The notes beneath the pieces were generated by a model. That model made no database searches. It had not been told where the DNA came from and worked only from the letters and a program-made list of their open reading frames with translations. Positions 1 to 13,123 of a DNA stretch of 64,000 nt are shown here, piece after piece. The stretch's first letter is position 1. Each line of letters starts with the position of its first letter. The stretch covers positions 95,544,001-95,608,000 of the forward strand of contig NC_087436.1 of the NCBI RefSeq assembly GCF_036321535.1, given 5' to 3'. Origin of the DNA: Camelus dromedarius (taxonomy: Eukaryota). Both the position numbers and the translations under genes were made by a program.

Positions 1-355
1 AGGTGTCAGCAGGGCCATGCTCCCTCTGAAACCTATAAAAGAATCCTCCCTTGCCTCTTCCTAGCTTCCGGTGGCTGCTGGATATCTTTGGCATCTCTTG
101 GCTTGCAGATACATCATCCCATGCTCTGCCTCTGTCACCACACGTATTCTGTGTGTGTGTGTGTGTGTGTGTCCTCTGTGCATTATCTCCTCTTATTATA
201 AGGACACCAGTCATCTTGATTTAGGCAGCATTAGCCCAGTATGAGCTCATCTTAGCTAATTACACCTGCAAAGACCCTATTTCCAAATAAGAGCACTTTC
301 TGAGGTTTTGGGTGAACATGAGTTTTGGCAGGGGAACGCTATTCAACCCAAGACA
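1..355 (-). mobile_element. MaLR LTR (MLT1C-like), truncated by window edge
   Basis: AGGTGTCAGCAGGGCCATGCTCCCTCTGAA...CTTATTATAAGGACACCAGTCAT...GCAAAGACCCTATTTCCAAATAAG matches the MLT1 reverse strand; ends at ATTCAACCCAAGACA; contains (TG)n at 150-172. Confidence 0.9.
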
Positions 356-1960
356 AAACAGAACATAGAGAAACACACACACACACATACACACACATAC
401 AGCTGCTAGCCAATTAAATTTAGTCTTTATGCTCTAATGAATTAGTCCGGAAACAAAGCCAGTAATACTCTGCTTGGGGAAGGAATTGATCTGAAAATGT
501 CAAATTCCTTAATCTTTTTCTAGCCAGCAGATCTCTTTTTGCTGACCCTGTTCTCCAAACCATCTCTTTCTTAAACATCCTATACACACCACCACCACTA
601 GCAGAAGGGAGACCTTGGTGGTTCCCTACACCTGCCACCTCCAGTACCTGCAGATAAAGCACTTTGCTTTCCCTTTTTTGGAGAAGCCCCATTGGTGTCC
701 AGCATCACACAGAGGTGGGGTCTCTGCAACGCACATATCTCAGAATCGACGAGAAGGAGCGCTGGGAGGACTGGAAAACCAGGGGCCACACGGATATCTT
801 GTTATGTGGGCACAGGAATATGGGAAGGGTATGGTGACGTTGGGCTGCTGCTCCAGTAGATGACTCCCCACATCCTAGCTAAGCAAGTCATATGAGAATC
901 TCATTCACCAAGTGCTGAAAAATGTCTGGGGCCATATTTTGCCCAAGCAAGTGGTCTGTATGATTCAGGACAGATAAAGCCCAGTCTCAGACTTAGTCAT
1001 ACCAGGCTCAGGTGTGCAAAGAGAATATAGATTCTTAACTTTCTAGAACTGTCCCAATTATCCTTAAGTGTCCCCTGACCTCCATGCCACTGACTGGTGA
1101 GTGGTATGAGTGGGACTGGATTGCAGTCCAGTGTGGTAGACTCAGGCTGTTCCAGTAAGCAGTCTCTTTTGAGTGAGTCAGTGTTTCCCAGTCATGTCAC
1201 CCTCCCTGTTCCTCTCCAGGATGGTATCTGGGCATGTGGGAAGCTCAGAGACTTTGGGCGAGAGGGTTGGGGAGAGGGAGGCCTACACTGTAGCTATGAG
1301 CTCGTGGGTGCCTGCAGGGCTGATGGGTCACTGTTTGCCCAGGCTGTTCAGAAGCAGTTCACTGCTGAAGGGTGTGGCCGGGCCCTCGTGGTCTGGTCCC
1401 TCCCTGCTTGGACAAGGCTCAAGGTCCTCTCTGCTGATTCAGCCCTGCCACAGCCCTCATGGCACTCTAACTGGGACCCCCTCTAGAGCCCCAGCATGGC
1501 AGAGGGCCCCACCACGTGTCCCAGTATGGCTACTGTCCCCTCTAGGGCCAGAGCACAGCTACTGAGGGGCCCTCGAGAAGACAGAGCTTCATGGCCCTGG
1601 TTGTCCCATTCTGGGCAACTGCACTTGTCCTTAATCATCCTCAGCTACCTTCTCTGCCCAGAAACAGGGCAGGAGCCTGAGAATGACGTAAAGGAGATTC
1701 TGCATAGTCATACTGCCCTGGCTAGCTCAAGTCTCTGAACCATGGCGAGGCGGGGCCAGGGCAGGGGTGGGGCGGCAAAGACTGGTGATGGAGTAAAAGC
1801 TTAAATGTAAAAAGAAGACAGCGAGAGTCTTGAGAGAAAGCCACCATGCTCCTAACCCAACCCCAGCATTTCTGCTGGAAGAGGTAGTCCACAAGATCCA
1901 GAGTGAGTGCAAAGGGTAACGCTGAAAAGACAAACCAGAAATCAAGCATTAGCTCTAGGC

Positions 1961-2135
1961 CAGTGCTACCCAAGAGGACTTTCTGTAAGGATGGACATAT
2001 TCTGCTTCAGTACCATCCACTATGGTAGCCACTAGCCACATGTGGCTCCGGAGCATTTAGAATGTGGGTGATGCCACTAAGAACCTGCATTTTTAATTTA
2101 ATTTTATGTTTCACTAATTTAAAGTTAAATTTAAA
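1961..2135. mobile_element. MER3-like hAT-Charlie MITE
   Basis: ATGGTAGCCACTAGCCACATGTGGCT core followed by AT-rich TTTAATTTAATTTT. Confidence 0.85.
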
Positions 2136-2149
2136 TTACTTATACTTTA

Positions 2150-2632
2150 ACCTATATGTGTCCCAAACCCCTTTGTTATTCTGGTGAAATCCTCCTCAGA
2201 CTAAAGTATAAAATAAATGGGATTATAATGTAAACCAATTATATTTATATTTATATTGTTATTTAATTTTAAATAATAATTTTTAATTATTTTATTTTTG
2301 AAAAGTTTGGTAATATAGTACTCCATATACTTCTTTATTAATGGATTAAATATCAATCTAGCTGTGATCCAATTACCATAATTTTGAAGTAGTGATGGGC
2401 ACAAGTAATATTCTGAGATACCTAATGCAACGTCATGTGATATGCAAATATCTGTGGTTTATATAGGTGATTAAGTCACATACATTACTAACACTACTAT
2501 GGTTTGGGTTCAGTTAGGAGTTAGTGGGAAAAAAAAAACATGTAAAACTTCTTCCCATCCAAGTTTACATAACTCTCTGAGTTCTCGTCACAGATCTGTT
2601 GAGGATACAGGGACCCAGGATAAAAATCCCTG
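2150..2632. mobile_element. MER119/Charlie7-like hAT DNA transposon fossil
   Basis: ATAATTTTGAAGTAGTGATG, TGTGATATGCAAATATCTGTG, TTCCCATCCAAGTT and terminal GACCCAGGATAAAAATCCCTG. Confidence 0.75.
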
Positions 2633-2669
2633 CTCTGGACTTACATAAACAAGATGGATTGATGAGTAA

Positions 2670-3490
2670 GGTTAATAAATTCAAGAAATACTTATACAGT
2701 GCCTCCGATATGCCAGGTACTGTTCTAGATGCCTGGGTTGTAGTTGTGAGCAAGACAGACAAAGTTAGAATTTTTCTGCAAGTTTTTAACAAGTTTATAT
2801 GTCAGTGGAGGGGAAAGATAATGCATCAATGATGAGATAGTTTCAGGGGACAGTAAATGCTATGAAGAAAATGAAACAGAGTAATCTAATAGAAAGCAAC
2901 TCGGAGGGAGAGTGTTTATTTCAGATTGGGTGATCAGCAAGTTCTCTAGAAAAAGTGACATTGGAGCTGAGGTTTGAATGAAAGGACCCAGCCATGCAAC
3001 ATCTACAGCCAGCACCTTCCAAGCTTGGGGACAGTACATAGAAAGGCCCTAGAGCTAAAAAGGATTAGGGTGATTGGAGCAGCATCAGGTGATGGTGGCT
3101 GGTGACCACGAAAGTCATCATGCCAACAGAGAGAAGTGGATGAATTTAGGACATATTTCCAGGTCGAGCTGACAAACGACAGTTGGAGCGTGAAGGAAAG
3201 AAAACAGTCCCAGAGTGACTCAGGGCAGCGTGATTTATGGAGCTGGAAGAGTTGGGGGGGAGGTGGATTTGGCACAGAATCAAGACATATTTTAGTTGTA
3301 TTAATGCCTTTTAGGTGTTGAAGTAGAGGTGTTTGCATACATGAATCTGAAGCTCAGCGAAGAAGTCGAGGTTAGTGCCATAAAGACTCGATGCATCATC
3401 ACAGGGATGGTATTTAAGTGAGATCAAACAAGAACAGGGTTTGTACAGAAAGGAAAGGACTGGGTCTGAACCTTGGGGAAAGCAAGTATT
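2670..3490 (-). mobile_element. LINE-2 (L2) 3' fragment
   Basis: ATGCCAGGTACTGTTCTAGATGC...CAAGACAGACAAAG and AAGTGACATTGGAGCTGAG are typical L2 reverse-strand motifs. Confidence 0.85.
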
Positions 3491-3729
3491 TAGGATTCAT
3501 TTTTTGATTATTTCCTGTGCACCCTGTCTTCGGTCTATGTTTTCAGGTTAGTGTGTGCTTCCTAAGGTAATAAAGTTAGTGTGTACCTCCAACCCAACAT
3601 AGCACCTCTGCTCCTCTGATAAACTGTGTGTTAAGATGTGACCTCATAAGACTTCTGAGAGAAATACAATTATCCAATTTGTAAGGACCCATTCCCATGC
3701 ACTCCCATAACTAACATCACTATGATGCT

Positions 3730-4175
3730 TCCATGGGGCATTTACCATTCTTTTTTGGTGAGTCTAGCATCTTTGAATCTCCTTCCTACCTTGGAAGAAG
3801 TCCCCACTTTGTGAGTTCTTCCTTCCTCTGCAGATTTCCCAGGGTGCAGGCAGGTGATCTGGGTTCACCAACCAGATATGCCCCTCTGAGACTCTGAGTA
3901 GGAAGCTAGAGAGACAAAGTAGCAGACGCTGACCCCCACCCATTCAGGAGAAGGTGGCTGCAGTCACGTTCAGTCCAGGGTCGGGAGTGGCAGGGGTCCT
4001 AGCAGCGTCAGTGATGACTGTTGTGTCTTCGCACAGTGAGGAGTGGGAGCCTTTCCACTGGAGCTGTCTGTGGAGTCATCTGGAACTTTCTTTTTTAGAA
4101 CACATTCTCCACGCTTGGCTTGTTGGCCTTCCTGGAGATTCTTTGAGCCACCTTTAATAAATTCCTTTTCTGAGA
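3730..4175 (+). mobile_element. ERVL LTR (LTR33-like)
   Basis: GGGTGCAGGCAGGTGATCTGGG...GGAAGCTAGAGAGACAAAG and AATAAATTCCTTTTCTG polyA region. Confidence 0.65.
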
Positions 4176-4184
4176 AACCAGTGT

Positions 4185-4525
4185 TGATGTTTGGGTTTCC
4201 CAGGAAACAAACGGATGGATGGAGATTTGTGGGCAGAAGGGTTTTGGGTGGAGCAGCCTCGGATCAACATCTGTGAAGGGCGAAGGGTGCTGATGGGGCA
4301 GCGGGAGAAACTGAATCCTCATCTGATCCCCTCTAGATCTGGGGGCCCTTCAGAGTTGCCCTGAATTGAGCCAAGAGGCTGAGATTTTTTACCCCTACTC
4401 CCCCCATTGCCTGGTCACTGGACACAGGCTGCCCATGGAGAAGGCATGTCCTTGGGCAAGGCGACTCTTAGACTGAGAGCCAGGGATGCAGTAGAAACTG
4501 TCAGCCAGCATGCCCAGTCTCCAGA
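4185..4525 (-). mobile_element. ERVL LTR (LTR16A-like)
   Basis: GCCCTTCAGAGTTGCCCTGAATTGAG...GTCACTGGACACAGGCTGCCC...CCTTGGGCAAGGCGACTC. Confidence 0.75.
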
Positions 4526-5139
4526 ACAAGCTTTACAGTGTGGAAATCCATTGCTCCCCTGAAATCTAGTAAGCGCTTATTTTTTTTTCATAGTTCGAAT
4601 AAGAAACTGAAACTCAGAAATATTCAATGAACTGCTAGAAGGTGTTGGACATGAAACTCAAACCTTACTCTTAAGATTCCAAATCTTATTTCTTTGTTTG
4701 TATTATGGAAAATTGCAGAGAACAGACAAAGCCTAAGGGACAAACTATCCAAGAACTAGAGTAAGATCAAGCAGTTTTAAGATTTTGAGACACATTGCTT
4801 TGGAAGCTTTTCTCAGGAACTCTCAGTTTAGCTCAAATTTGGGACACTGGAATCCACTTGGAACCACCATTTGTGAAGGAGTCTTACCCTACACTTCTGT
4901 GCAAAAAAAAAAAATACGGAGGGACACTAAACAGCAAACCAGCATCCAAAGTCCCAGGCTGGGTATTGTTTATCGGCATGAAGCATCTATTCCTCCTTCA
5001 CTTTTGTTCCCTCCTAGAGTCTGCAAGGCAGCTGGGGTACTGGGGAAGACTTACGGTCTGCCAGTGAAGTGCACTTGCATGATCTTTGGAAGGCAGAAGA
5101 GAGATGGAGACTTTTTTCCTACAACTGGGATAGTGGACA

Positions 5140-5400
5140 AAAGTTAATAGCAGCAGCCAGATACCGCATCTCCTGTCTGGTCTCCGGTGACAGGAGCAGA
5201 GCTGGCAGGAGCAACAGCCATTTCCTGACCTCCGGTTTGTAGTGACAGTGGCTGGTTTTGAAACCAAAAGGCCGGTATCTGCCCCCTGATTTTTATCTCT
5301 CCAGCTCTTCCACACATCTTGTTAGCATGGTTTCCTATATTAAACCAATGGCTTTTTCTGCTTGAAATACCATGGTTTTCTTTTTCCCGTGCAGAACCTC
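5140..5400 (+). mobile_element. Old ERVL-type LTR 3' fragment
   Basis: TCCTATATTAAA...TTTCTGCTTGAAATACC...GGTTTTC resembles the end of the LTR33/40/41 group. Confidence 0.4.
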
Positions 5401-6559
5401 ACATAGCACCCCAAGATGGAGGCCAGAGTCGCTGACTTTGCTTCCCACACCCAAACACATGACACAACTGGAGAAAGAAGTTCTTTATTGGGAGAGTAAA
5501 ACAGAACAAACCAAATCCCTAAGTGCGAGATGACTCTGCCAGGGAAACAGATGACAGTGGGCCATTTGGGGATTGCTTCTTGGAGCAGATGGACTGAGTC
5601 TTATCTTGCTGTCTGGATAGTAATACGCAACCTTTCTGACCATGACACTCGGTGCCAGCGTAGACCCATCCTCTACCGTTTTGACCCAGCATCCACGGAG
5701 AGGCAGGGTGTAAAATCCTACCAAGTGGTCGGGGCACTTCCTGGTGCGCTATGTTGACAAGGTGCGTCTCTGATAAAGCAGATGTGCAGAAGCCCAAGAC
5801 CGTTGGCGGTTGGCCAAGTGTCAGCTAAAGCTGGAGGAACCAAAGGCAGAGTGAACAAGAAGAATACTTTATAGGCCCCATGAATCCCATCCCCAAGAAA
5901 TGGAGAAAAGCAATGGACTTCGGGAAACCAAGAGTCACTTGGAGTTGTAGCCGTTAAAAGCAAGAAGGCTTTTCATACAAACATGTCATTTTTAGAGGTG
6001 GACAGAGCCAAAGCCGCAAAGAGCCTTTACAAATTCAAGCCTGAAATGAATATTCAAGGACAGGCTGCCCACAAGTGCAGAGCCTGGAAGACAGAAGATG
6101 CTATGAAACTATTGGTTGAATGATATACAGTGTAAGAAGGATTAAGGGAACGTGTGGGCACCCTTCCTTTTTTTTTTTTTTTAACAAAAATCACGAAAAT
6201 ATCCAGTTTCCACTTCATGAGTCTGTTTCTATGTTTCAGGCAACAGCTGGTCCCACTTTATTGCTGTGGGTACAATGAATTCTAGTAAATCCTGTGTAAT
6301 AGATGTATTCATATGCTCTGTCCTTTTAACAGTCTTCTTAATTAGGGTACTGTCCTTTAAGCAAAGCATTTATATAGTTACTTTATTGCATTTGAATACA
6401 GTGTTAGCTTCAATAGACTTAATATAATTTTATGGTTTTTTTTTAAATGGCTTTACAATGAAGGGAATTTATTTTATCATCAGTATGGAGTTACCCTCAT
6501 AGCTATTTAAGAGCCATTGGTGCAGAGGTTTATGGATCTCTGCTGAGAAGGAAAGGTCC

Positions 6560-6740
6560 TAAAGATGCAGCAGATGCTGGTAGTTTGGCCACTTACTGGC
6601 TTCACTTCTACGAACCTCAACTTTCTTAGTAATGAGATGGGGTCCATAGCTTCTTCGCCTACCTCACGGAGTAATTGTGAACACCAAATAAAATACTACA
6701 CATAAAACGGCTTTTTAAAGCTTCAAGAGTTGTGTGCATT
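6560..6740 (+). mobile_element. MIR SINE
   Basis: Core GCCACTTACTGGC...AACCTCAACTTTCTTAGTAATGAGATGGGG...CCTACCTCACGGAG. Confidence 0.7.
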
Positions 6741-7552
6741 TCAAGAGCTATTACCCTCCCCATATAAGTGTCTGACCTCACACTCCACGTGGAGATGGTG
6801 CTGGTGCTTGAGATTGGCAAGCATTAGAGTAAACTCAGACTTTCGGGATGTATGGAGAGCAGAGAGGGCTTAGATGGCCTAGGAGAGATGAGACAGGATA
6901 AGCAGAACTGAGATCCTGGTGTTTTGGGGAATGAGAGACAAACGACAGATGTGTGGTTAACTAGGTATTAGCAATGGATACCTGCTGACACTCTGATACC
7001 TACGTCTGTGCCTCGTCTCCATGAGACCAAACTGTTTTCCAGGCCTCCACCCACCCGGCCTCGCCCAAAACCTCATTCTTACTTGCATCAGAGTTCAAAC
7101 AAACAATTCTTCATTTAAGCAAATGAATGTTCTGGAAAATTCTCTCCATTCCCTAGAGCATTAGGATTCCACTGATGGGGGTCAGATGCTCTAATCCCCC
7201 TCACAGGTAGATAAAATGGACTTGGCTGGCATCAGGCTTCAGCTACTCAGGCACATACAGTTAGAGAGATCCTCAGCAGTGTAATTTTCAAACTGGGATG
7301 AGGATTTGTGGGGTAAGCCCTATGTCTTCTGAGTAGCTCCGCATCACCAGTACTCCAGTGTGAATCTGGAACATCTTCTTTATCTTTATGCACCATAGAA
7401 CCACAGGAATATTAGTCACTTTTCAAATCACGGAGTGAAATCCACTATGTTGTCCACGATACAGCCAATAAGAAAATTCAATTATTTTAAGCCCAGCTGT
7501 TTTATCTACTTCTTTGATGTATATCAAAGTTTTGTGTATTCTGAAGTATATA

Positions 7553-7760
7553 GGCATGGAAGCGGTTGCAGTAGAGTAAGAAGATCGCTGTGTCTGAGAG
7601 GTTTGAATCTAACACTTAACAGCTGAGAAAGTTTGAGCAAGTTCCTCTCTCCCCTAGACCTCAGTTTGCCAAGCTCTTAAAATGGGGTGACAGCATCTAC
7701 TTCACAGGGTAAGATCGGATGGGGTAAAGTGGATGAAAGACTTTATGAATGTTAGGACCT
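7553..7760 (+). mobile_element. MIR SINE
   Basis: TTGAGCAAGTT...CCTCAGTTT...AAAATGGGG...CTACTTCACAGGGT. Confidence 0.75.
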
Positions 7761-10670
7761 TATCAGTTACATGTTGTGGTCACAGACACATGTCCTTATT
7801 TATGGGTATTCACATTGATATTGGAAAATTGCAAGTATATTCTTACCTTAAATGCTGATTTCAAAATTTTTAGCTGAAGATCAAGGTTGGGAGGTATCCT
7901 TTCCTTCTTGGCTTTCTTCCCCACCTCTCCAGTTTGAGTATTTAATTTAACTGTGGCCTTGCCCATCTTGGCTGACCTCTCAATGAAAGATCAAAGCGCA
8001 AAGTGTCATTGTCAATTTCAAGTCCATCTGACTGCTGTCCAGATCGAGAGGATTTTATATCCCCCAAAATGATCCTAAGAATCTAGGTCGCAGGAAGAGT
8101 AAAGGGCAATGTGGGGCAGTCTTCGAACTCTGAGTGAATAGAAGAGGAACGCACGTGGTTATAGCAAACTGTAAAGTCAAGTGGTTCTCCATATCACAGT
8201 CTTACTGATTCTGAGAGTCTGTTTGCCCACTTAAGCCCGAAGCTGAATAGCAAGCTGTTTCTTTTAATCCAGTGGAGAGTAAAGGAAATATTAGTCTACT
8301 GATCAATCTGGAAGGTAAGTCAAAAACAATGTGAAAACTATTCTCTATCAGATGAAACCTACCACTGGCTAATCATCTGTTGAGGTTTGGCAGGAACCTA
8401 TAATGAGCATGACTTTTTCTTGCCCATGTTCTGGACCACTGAGAAGTAAAACAAGGGGTTAAGGAAGGTAGAGAACCAAAACATCACCTTAATTATTGGC
8501 AGTGCTAAATTTTAAAACGGGCTAATCAGTATAAGTAAGTGGGCTTCCTAATACTTTCTTACAGTCAACATGCCTTATAACTAAAAGCAACATGCCTCAT
8601 ATCTGTGGGCTTCCTCCCCTGCAGGCTTATTCCAGAGTGATGATAACTTATGCTCTTTGCACGTAGGCTCCTTCCCAAGACAAAGGGAAAAGGAAAGAGT
8701 TCAAGAATGCATGCCCAGCCCTTCTTTTCAAACTCACCCTGAGGATGAATAAAGGATGGAGAGTGGAGAAAACCCAAGAATGTTATGCCAGTGGCAGTCC
8801 TTCCACATGGATAGAAATATCAACTCTGGGAAAGAAGCATTCCTCTGTAATAGGTCAACCAGCTTTTGCAGCCTGCAAGTAAATTCCTGTAAGAGGAGTT
8901 AACTCCGAAATCCACAATATCGCGCAATTGTGCTTCTTAAAGATGATGACTTGGATGAAACATCCATATTTTAAGAATACTTGTACATTGCAAAATGTTT
9001 GGCTGCCACATGTTTCAAGTCCCTTCTTCCACTGCTTTCTCCTCTAGGCTATCTACCCTGCTAATTATAAAGTCATCCATCAACCCGAGTCTAGTAAGAC
9101 AAGAGTTGAAGAGCAGTTGGAAATAGAGGGATTGGAGCGATGGCTGGTTTCCAGATCACAGAGGCAACACTATGAAACACTTTGCAAGATGGCATACTTC
9201 TTTCTCCCTCAGCCTGGATTACTTTGTAGTGTTCTTGATTCTCCTGGCAGGAGTCCTGTTGAATTCAGGAAAACCATATGAAACCCATCCCGGGTGTTGC
9301 CAAAATAAATTGTTAATCATATCAGATGTAGCACCAAAGAGTGTTCCATCATAGTCAACTTTCTGTTTTGTAACTGTTCCCCTTGGCTTCATTCAGGATC
9401 TGCCAAAAGAAAGGAAGCCCATATTGTACATGCCACATCTGTATCTGCCAGAGGAGACAGGACAGTGGGGAGTGCTCATGGGGTCAGGGCGAGGGTACTC
9501 CTAACACGAGCAGGAGATGTTCTTTAAGCTCAAATTCAAATGTCCCTCTGGGAATATAAAGAGTTTGGAATCCTCTACTCTATCCATTATAGCTTGGGAC
9601 TATGAGAATCTCATGAAGATTCAATTTTCACAGAGTGGGGATGACCCACAGCATTTGTGCCTGCATGTTTCAAAAATGGCTTCTTTAAATGCAAAAGTTA
9701 CAGAAAATGACTGCAATTGCTTCTGCTACCTGTTTCGATTAAACTGGTAGTGGGCTTACCTGAGTTCTTCGTTATCTGGACTGGTGTCTGTTTCTCCATT
9801 ATGAAATTAAGAAAGGAGTCAATAATAACAAGGTTTTTTTTTTTTTTTAGCAGAACTGGTCAGCAGCAACCAAAATCTGTCTTAGGGTGGATCACATTGA
9901 CACACCTAATCTCATCGTAATAGGCCCTTGGAAATCAGATTGAATCTCTTTGAACTGAATCTACACCCCTCCACATGTATATTATGCTACAGTTGTTACA
10001 ATGAACATGCGGTTCTTGAACTTGAATAACTTTAATCATGGCATAGGACCTATAGACTGATAGAGTTCAAACAAGGAGGGAGTTTTGTCCAGCCCTCAGA
10101 TCCTCAAAGAAACATATTTAGCATCCCTCTTTAGGCTTCGTTTAACTGCAGTCCAACTGCATTGCAAAATAAAACACAAAGATTGTTACCATGTCCTCCT
10201 AAAAGCATGCCAGTTCTGGTGGCTCCCATCATACCTACTTCTAGATATAAATTTTGATTTCAGCCTTAATAAAGCAGGTTTTATGCACCAAGCTTCATTT
10301 TCCATAACTCATTTAAACAGTTATTTATGCATGCTGATTTGTTCCAATTTACCCATCTCGCTGCTCTTCTGAATTTGGAGATGCTTCTTACCTGAGCTGG
10401 GATCGTGAGTCCAAGACTAAAGTCGAGCTGTCATACTAGAAAATTGCTGACACTCCATGAAGTCAATCTAAGCTTACTGGCGGACCCAAGGGTTGGATTT
10501 ACGACACGTGGAGATGGTTAGCCATTGCAGGAGGAGGAATTGATTTAACCAAGCCCAAAGGAAAATGCATCCCAGCAAAGCAATGCAGACACCACTTTGC
10601 TGTATTTTCAACATGAAACTTCCAAATCTGAAGTTTCGATCCACCAGCTCAGAGTCTAACAATGATGTTG

Positions 10671-10672
10671 GC

Positions 10673-10717
<45 letters not shown>
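10671..10717. repeat. (GT)n microsatellite with GCGTGC lead-in
   Basis: About 47 bp of alternating purine-pyrimidine sequence. Confidence 0.97.
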
Positions 10718-10718
<1 letters not shown>

Positions 10719-12019
10719 TCAGAGGAGAAGGTGGACATTTTCTATGAAAAAATTAAAGACAATAATAAAGGTAACTAAGAGATGGGGTGGTTTTTATTAT
10801 CACTATGTGCTGGACCATTCTCAACAATATTAGAGATAAAACTCCTTTCCTCTAAAAAATCTTTTGTTTATCGAAGTTCTACACAAGGGCTGCTACTACT
10901 GTTGAGTTTAATAATTTATAGGTAAGCCTCAAACTAGCACATTTCATTATTTATCCTTTAACAAACATTGTATTCTATGCAGAAATTAAATTGTAGGACT
11001 CCCAGCACCATTGCCCCTGATTCATTGGCCGCAGCCTCGGACACTGTTCATTTTGAAGTGAGTTTATGGTTCAGAGTTGCCGCCATTCACTTTGGATGTA
11101 GTTCTTTCTCCAGTCCCTGTGGTACAAAGTTTATTAAAAGAAAATTTTCACTGTGTTTCCCTCCAACAATTATTATTATTCATTTCATTTCATGATTATT
11201 CCTGAAAATAATTTTGTCATTTGGGGAAGAGCCTTAAAAAGATGACCCACTCTAGGCATCAAATCCACCAAGTACACTGCTGGATTCTAAGCCAAAATAC
11301 ACAGCACATTTCCACTCTGAAAAAGTACAAAAAGTAATCGAGGGGAAATAGTGATTTATTTGTGGATGAATATATAAATGAACAAATCCTGCTTCATTAT
11401 ATAAAGATTTGAGGAGCTTTTTTTAATGCCTACAATAAAAGAGCAAAATGCAAACAAAACATCAAAAACAGAGGAAATACAAGTTAGAACGAGGAGACAG
11501 ACTGGGGCCAAGGAGAGGAGCACTTGTATATACGCTGTGAGTCTTCTATGCTTGTTCAGTTTAAGCATTTCTTCGGTTCTGAGCTTTCAAGTGGTCAAAA
11601 GGAATATGCCAGAGAAACGCACACTACACGAGGCTGTGACTAGCAATATCAAGTCACCGCGGCAGAAACAGCACCAGCTGGAAGTATTCGGCATGTTCCT
11701 TGAGGTCCTCAGAGCCAGACCTGTGATCACAGGTGTGGGTAACTGTAGGCTTATTAATGAATAGTGACAATACAATGGATAAATGTTGCTAGTGGCTCAT
11801 ACAGAATGGTTTGCATTCATACGAGTTTGCTAACCTGACCAGGCAGTGAGAAGGGGAGAGGCGATGTGAACAAAGGGGAGAGTCTATGCAAAGGTGCAGA
11901 GGAATGAAAGAGCATGTGAGTCTGAAAAGGCGAACACTTCAGTGTGTCTAGAAGGGAGTATACAATTCAGGTGCGGCACAACCTGACACTGAGAGGCAGA
12001 GCCAGCTTTCGAAGGACAG

Positions 12020-12211
12020 CAGCGTGGGCAAACTATGGCCCTCAGGCCAAATCTGGCTCCTTGCCTTTTGTCTTTTTAAATAAAGCTTTATTGGAATACA
12101 GCTCTGCCCATTCATTTACACACGGTCTACAACTGCTTTCTCATTCGTAACTACTGCAAGCCTAAAACGTTTACCATCTGGACATTGATAGCAAAAGTTT
12201 GCCAACCTCTC
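12020..12211. mobile_element. MER58A-like hAT-Charlie MITE, within L2-like sequence
   Basis: GGCAAACTATGGCCCTCAGGCCAAATCTGG...AATAAAGCTTTATTGGAATACAGC...AAAAGTTTGCCAACCTCT with GGCAAACT/AGTTTGCC inverted ends. Confidence 0.9.
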
Positions 12212-12679
12212 ATGTAGCACATACTAAGGAGTTTGAATTTTACCCTATAGTTTAAAGGGAAATGGTGACAGATTATTTAAAGTTAGCAAAACTAGCAGGG
12301 TGTCCTTAGTAAAATTACTTCACAAATACTAGCCTGAGTTCTTTAAAGATAAAAATAACTTGAGGTGTCACAGAATCCACACACCTCAGGAAAGACAATT
12401 TCACGTTTGAAAGAAGAGTTAACTGTATACCAGATCTGCCTTAGGTAATAAAGTTAGCCATTGACTTCCTGAGCAGGGTGGATCTTAGACCATCAGATGC
12501 TGTAAGATTCTAATCTGGAGCAAATCGTCCACCACACTCAGCGGAGACAGATTCCAGGCAACTGGGTAAGGATGGATCAGGAGTGAGGAGAGTCACTGAG
12601 ACATTTTTATTTGCTTAAAAGAATCATTTCATGTGGCATCACTGTGTTCACGAGGCACATAGCAAATTCGTTAGGAAAA

Positions 12680-12850
12680 ACGGCTCTGAAGTCACAGCTG
12701 CCCTGACAAAGCCTGGCTTTGGTCACGAGGCTCAGTTTCCTTACCTGCCAAATGCAGTTGCCAATAATATTACCAGCCCTATGACAGTGTTGCTGCGAAG
12801 ATGAGTGCGTTAGGCAGCTCCTGCCACTCAGTAAGCACTCAGTCAGTGTT
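12680..12850 (+). mobile_element. MIR SINE
   Basis: CTCAGTTTCCTTACCTGCCAAATG...AGTAAGCACTCAGT. Confidence 0.65.
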
Positions 12851-13123
12851 CCTCATTCCCATTACTAGAACCATTGAGACGGGGTTTAATCCTGACCCTG
12901 GACATGACATTACACTGTTACATTACTCCACATCGTATCCTACCACAGGCCGTAGACATATGAGAGATTCTCTTCTGTTTCAGCTACTTGGCAACTTTAG
13001 AAACAAAGAGGTGGCTGTAACCTTCCCCCTCCTCCCTTGAGAATGGGGCAGAAAACTGATATTTGAAAATAAATGATTAATATGTTTTGATCCAAGACCC
13101 AGCTCCAAGTATTTGGTAGTTAT

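Noticed and set aside
8895..8906. Perfect 12-bp palindrome GGAGTTAACTCC
   Set aside because: About 16 such palindromes are expected by chance in 64 kb (64000/4^6)
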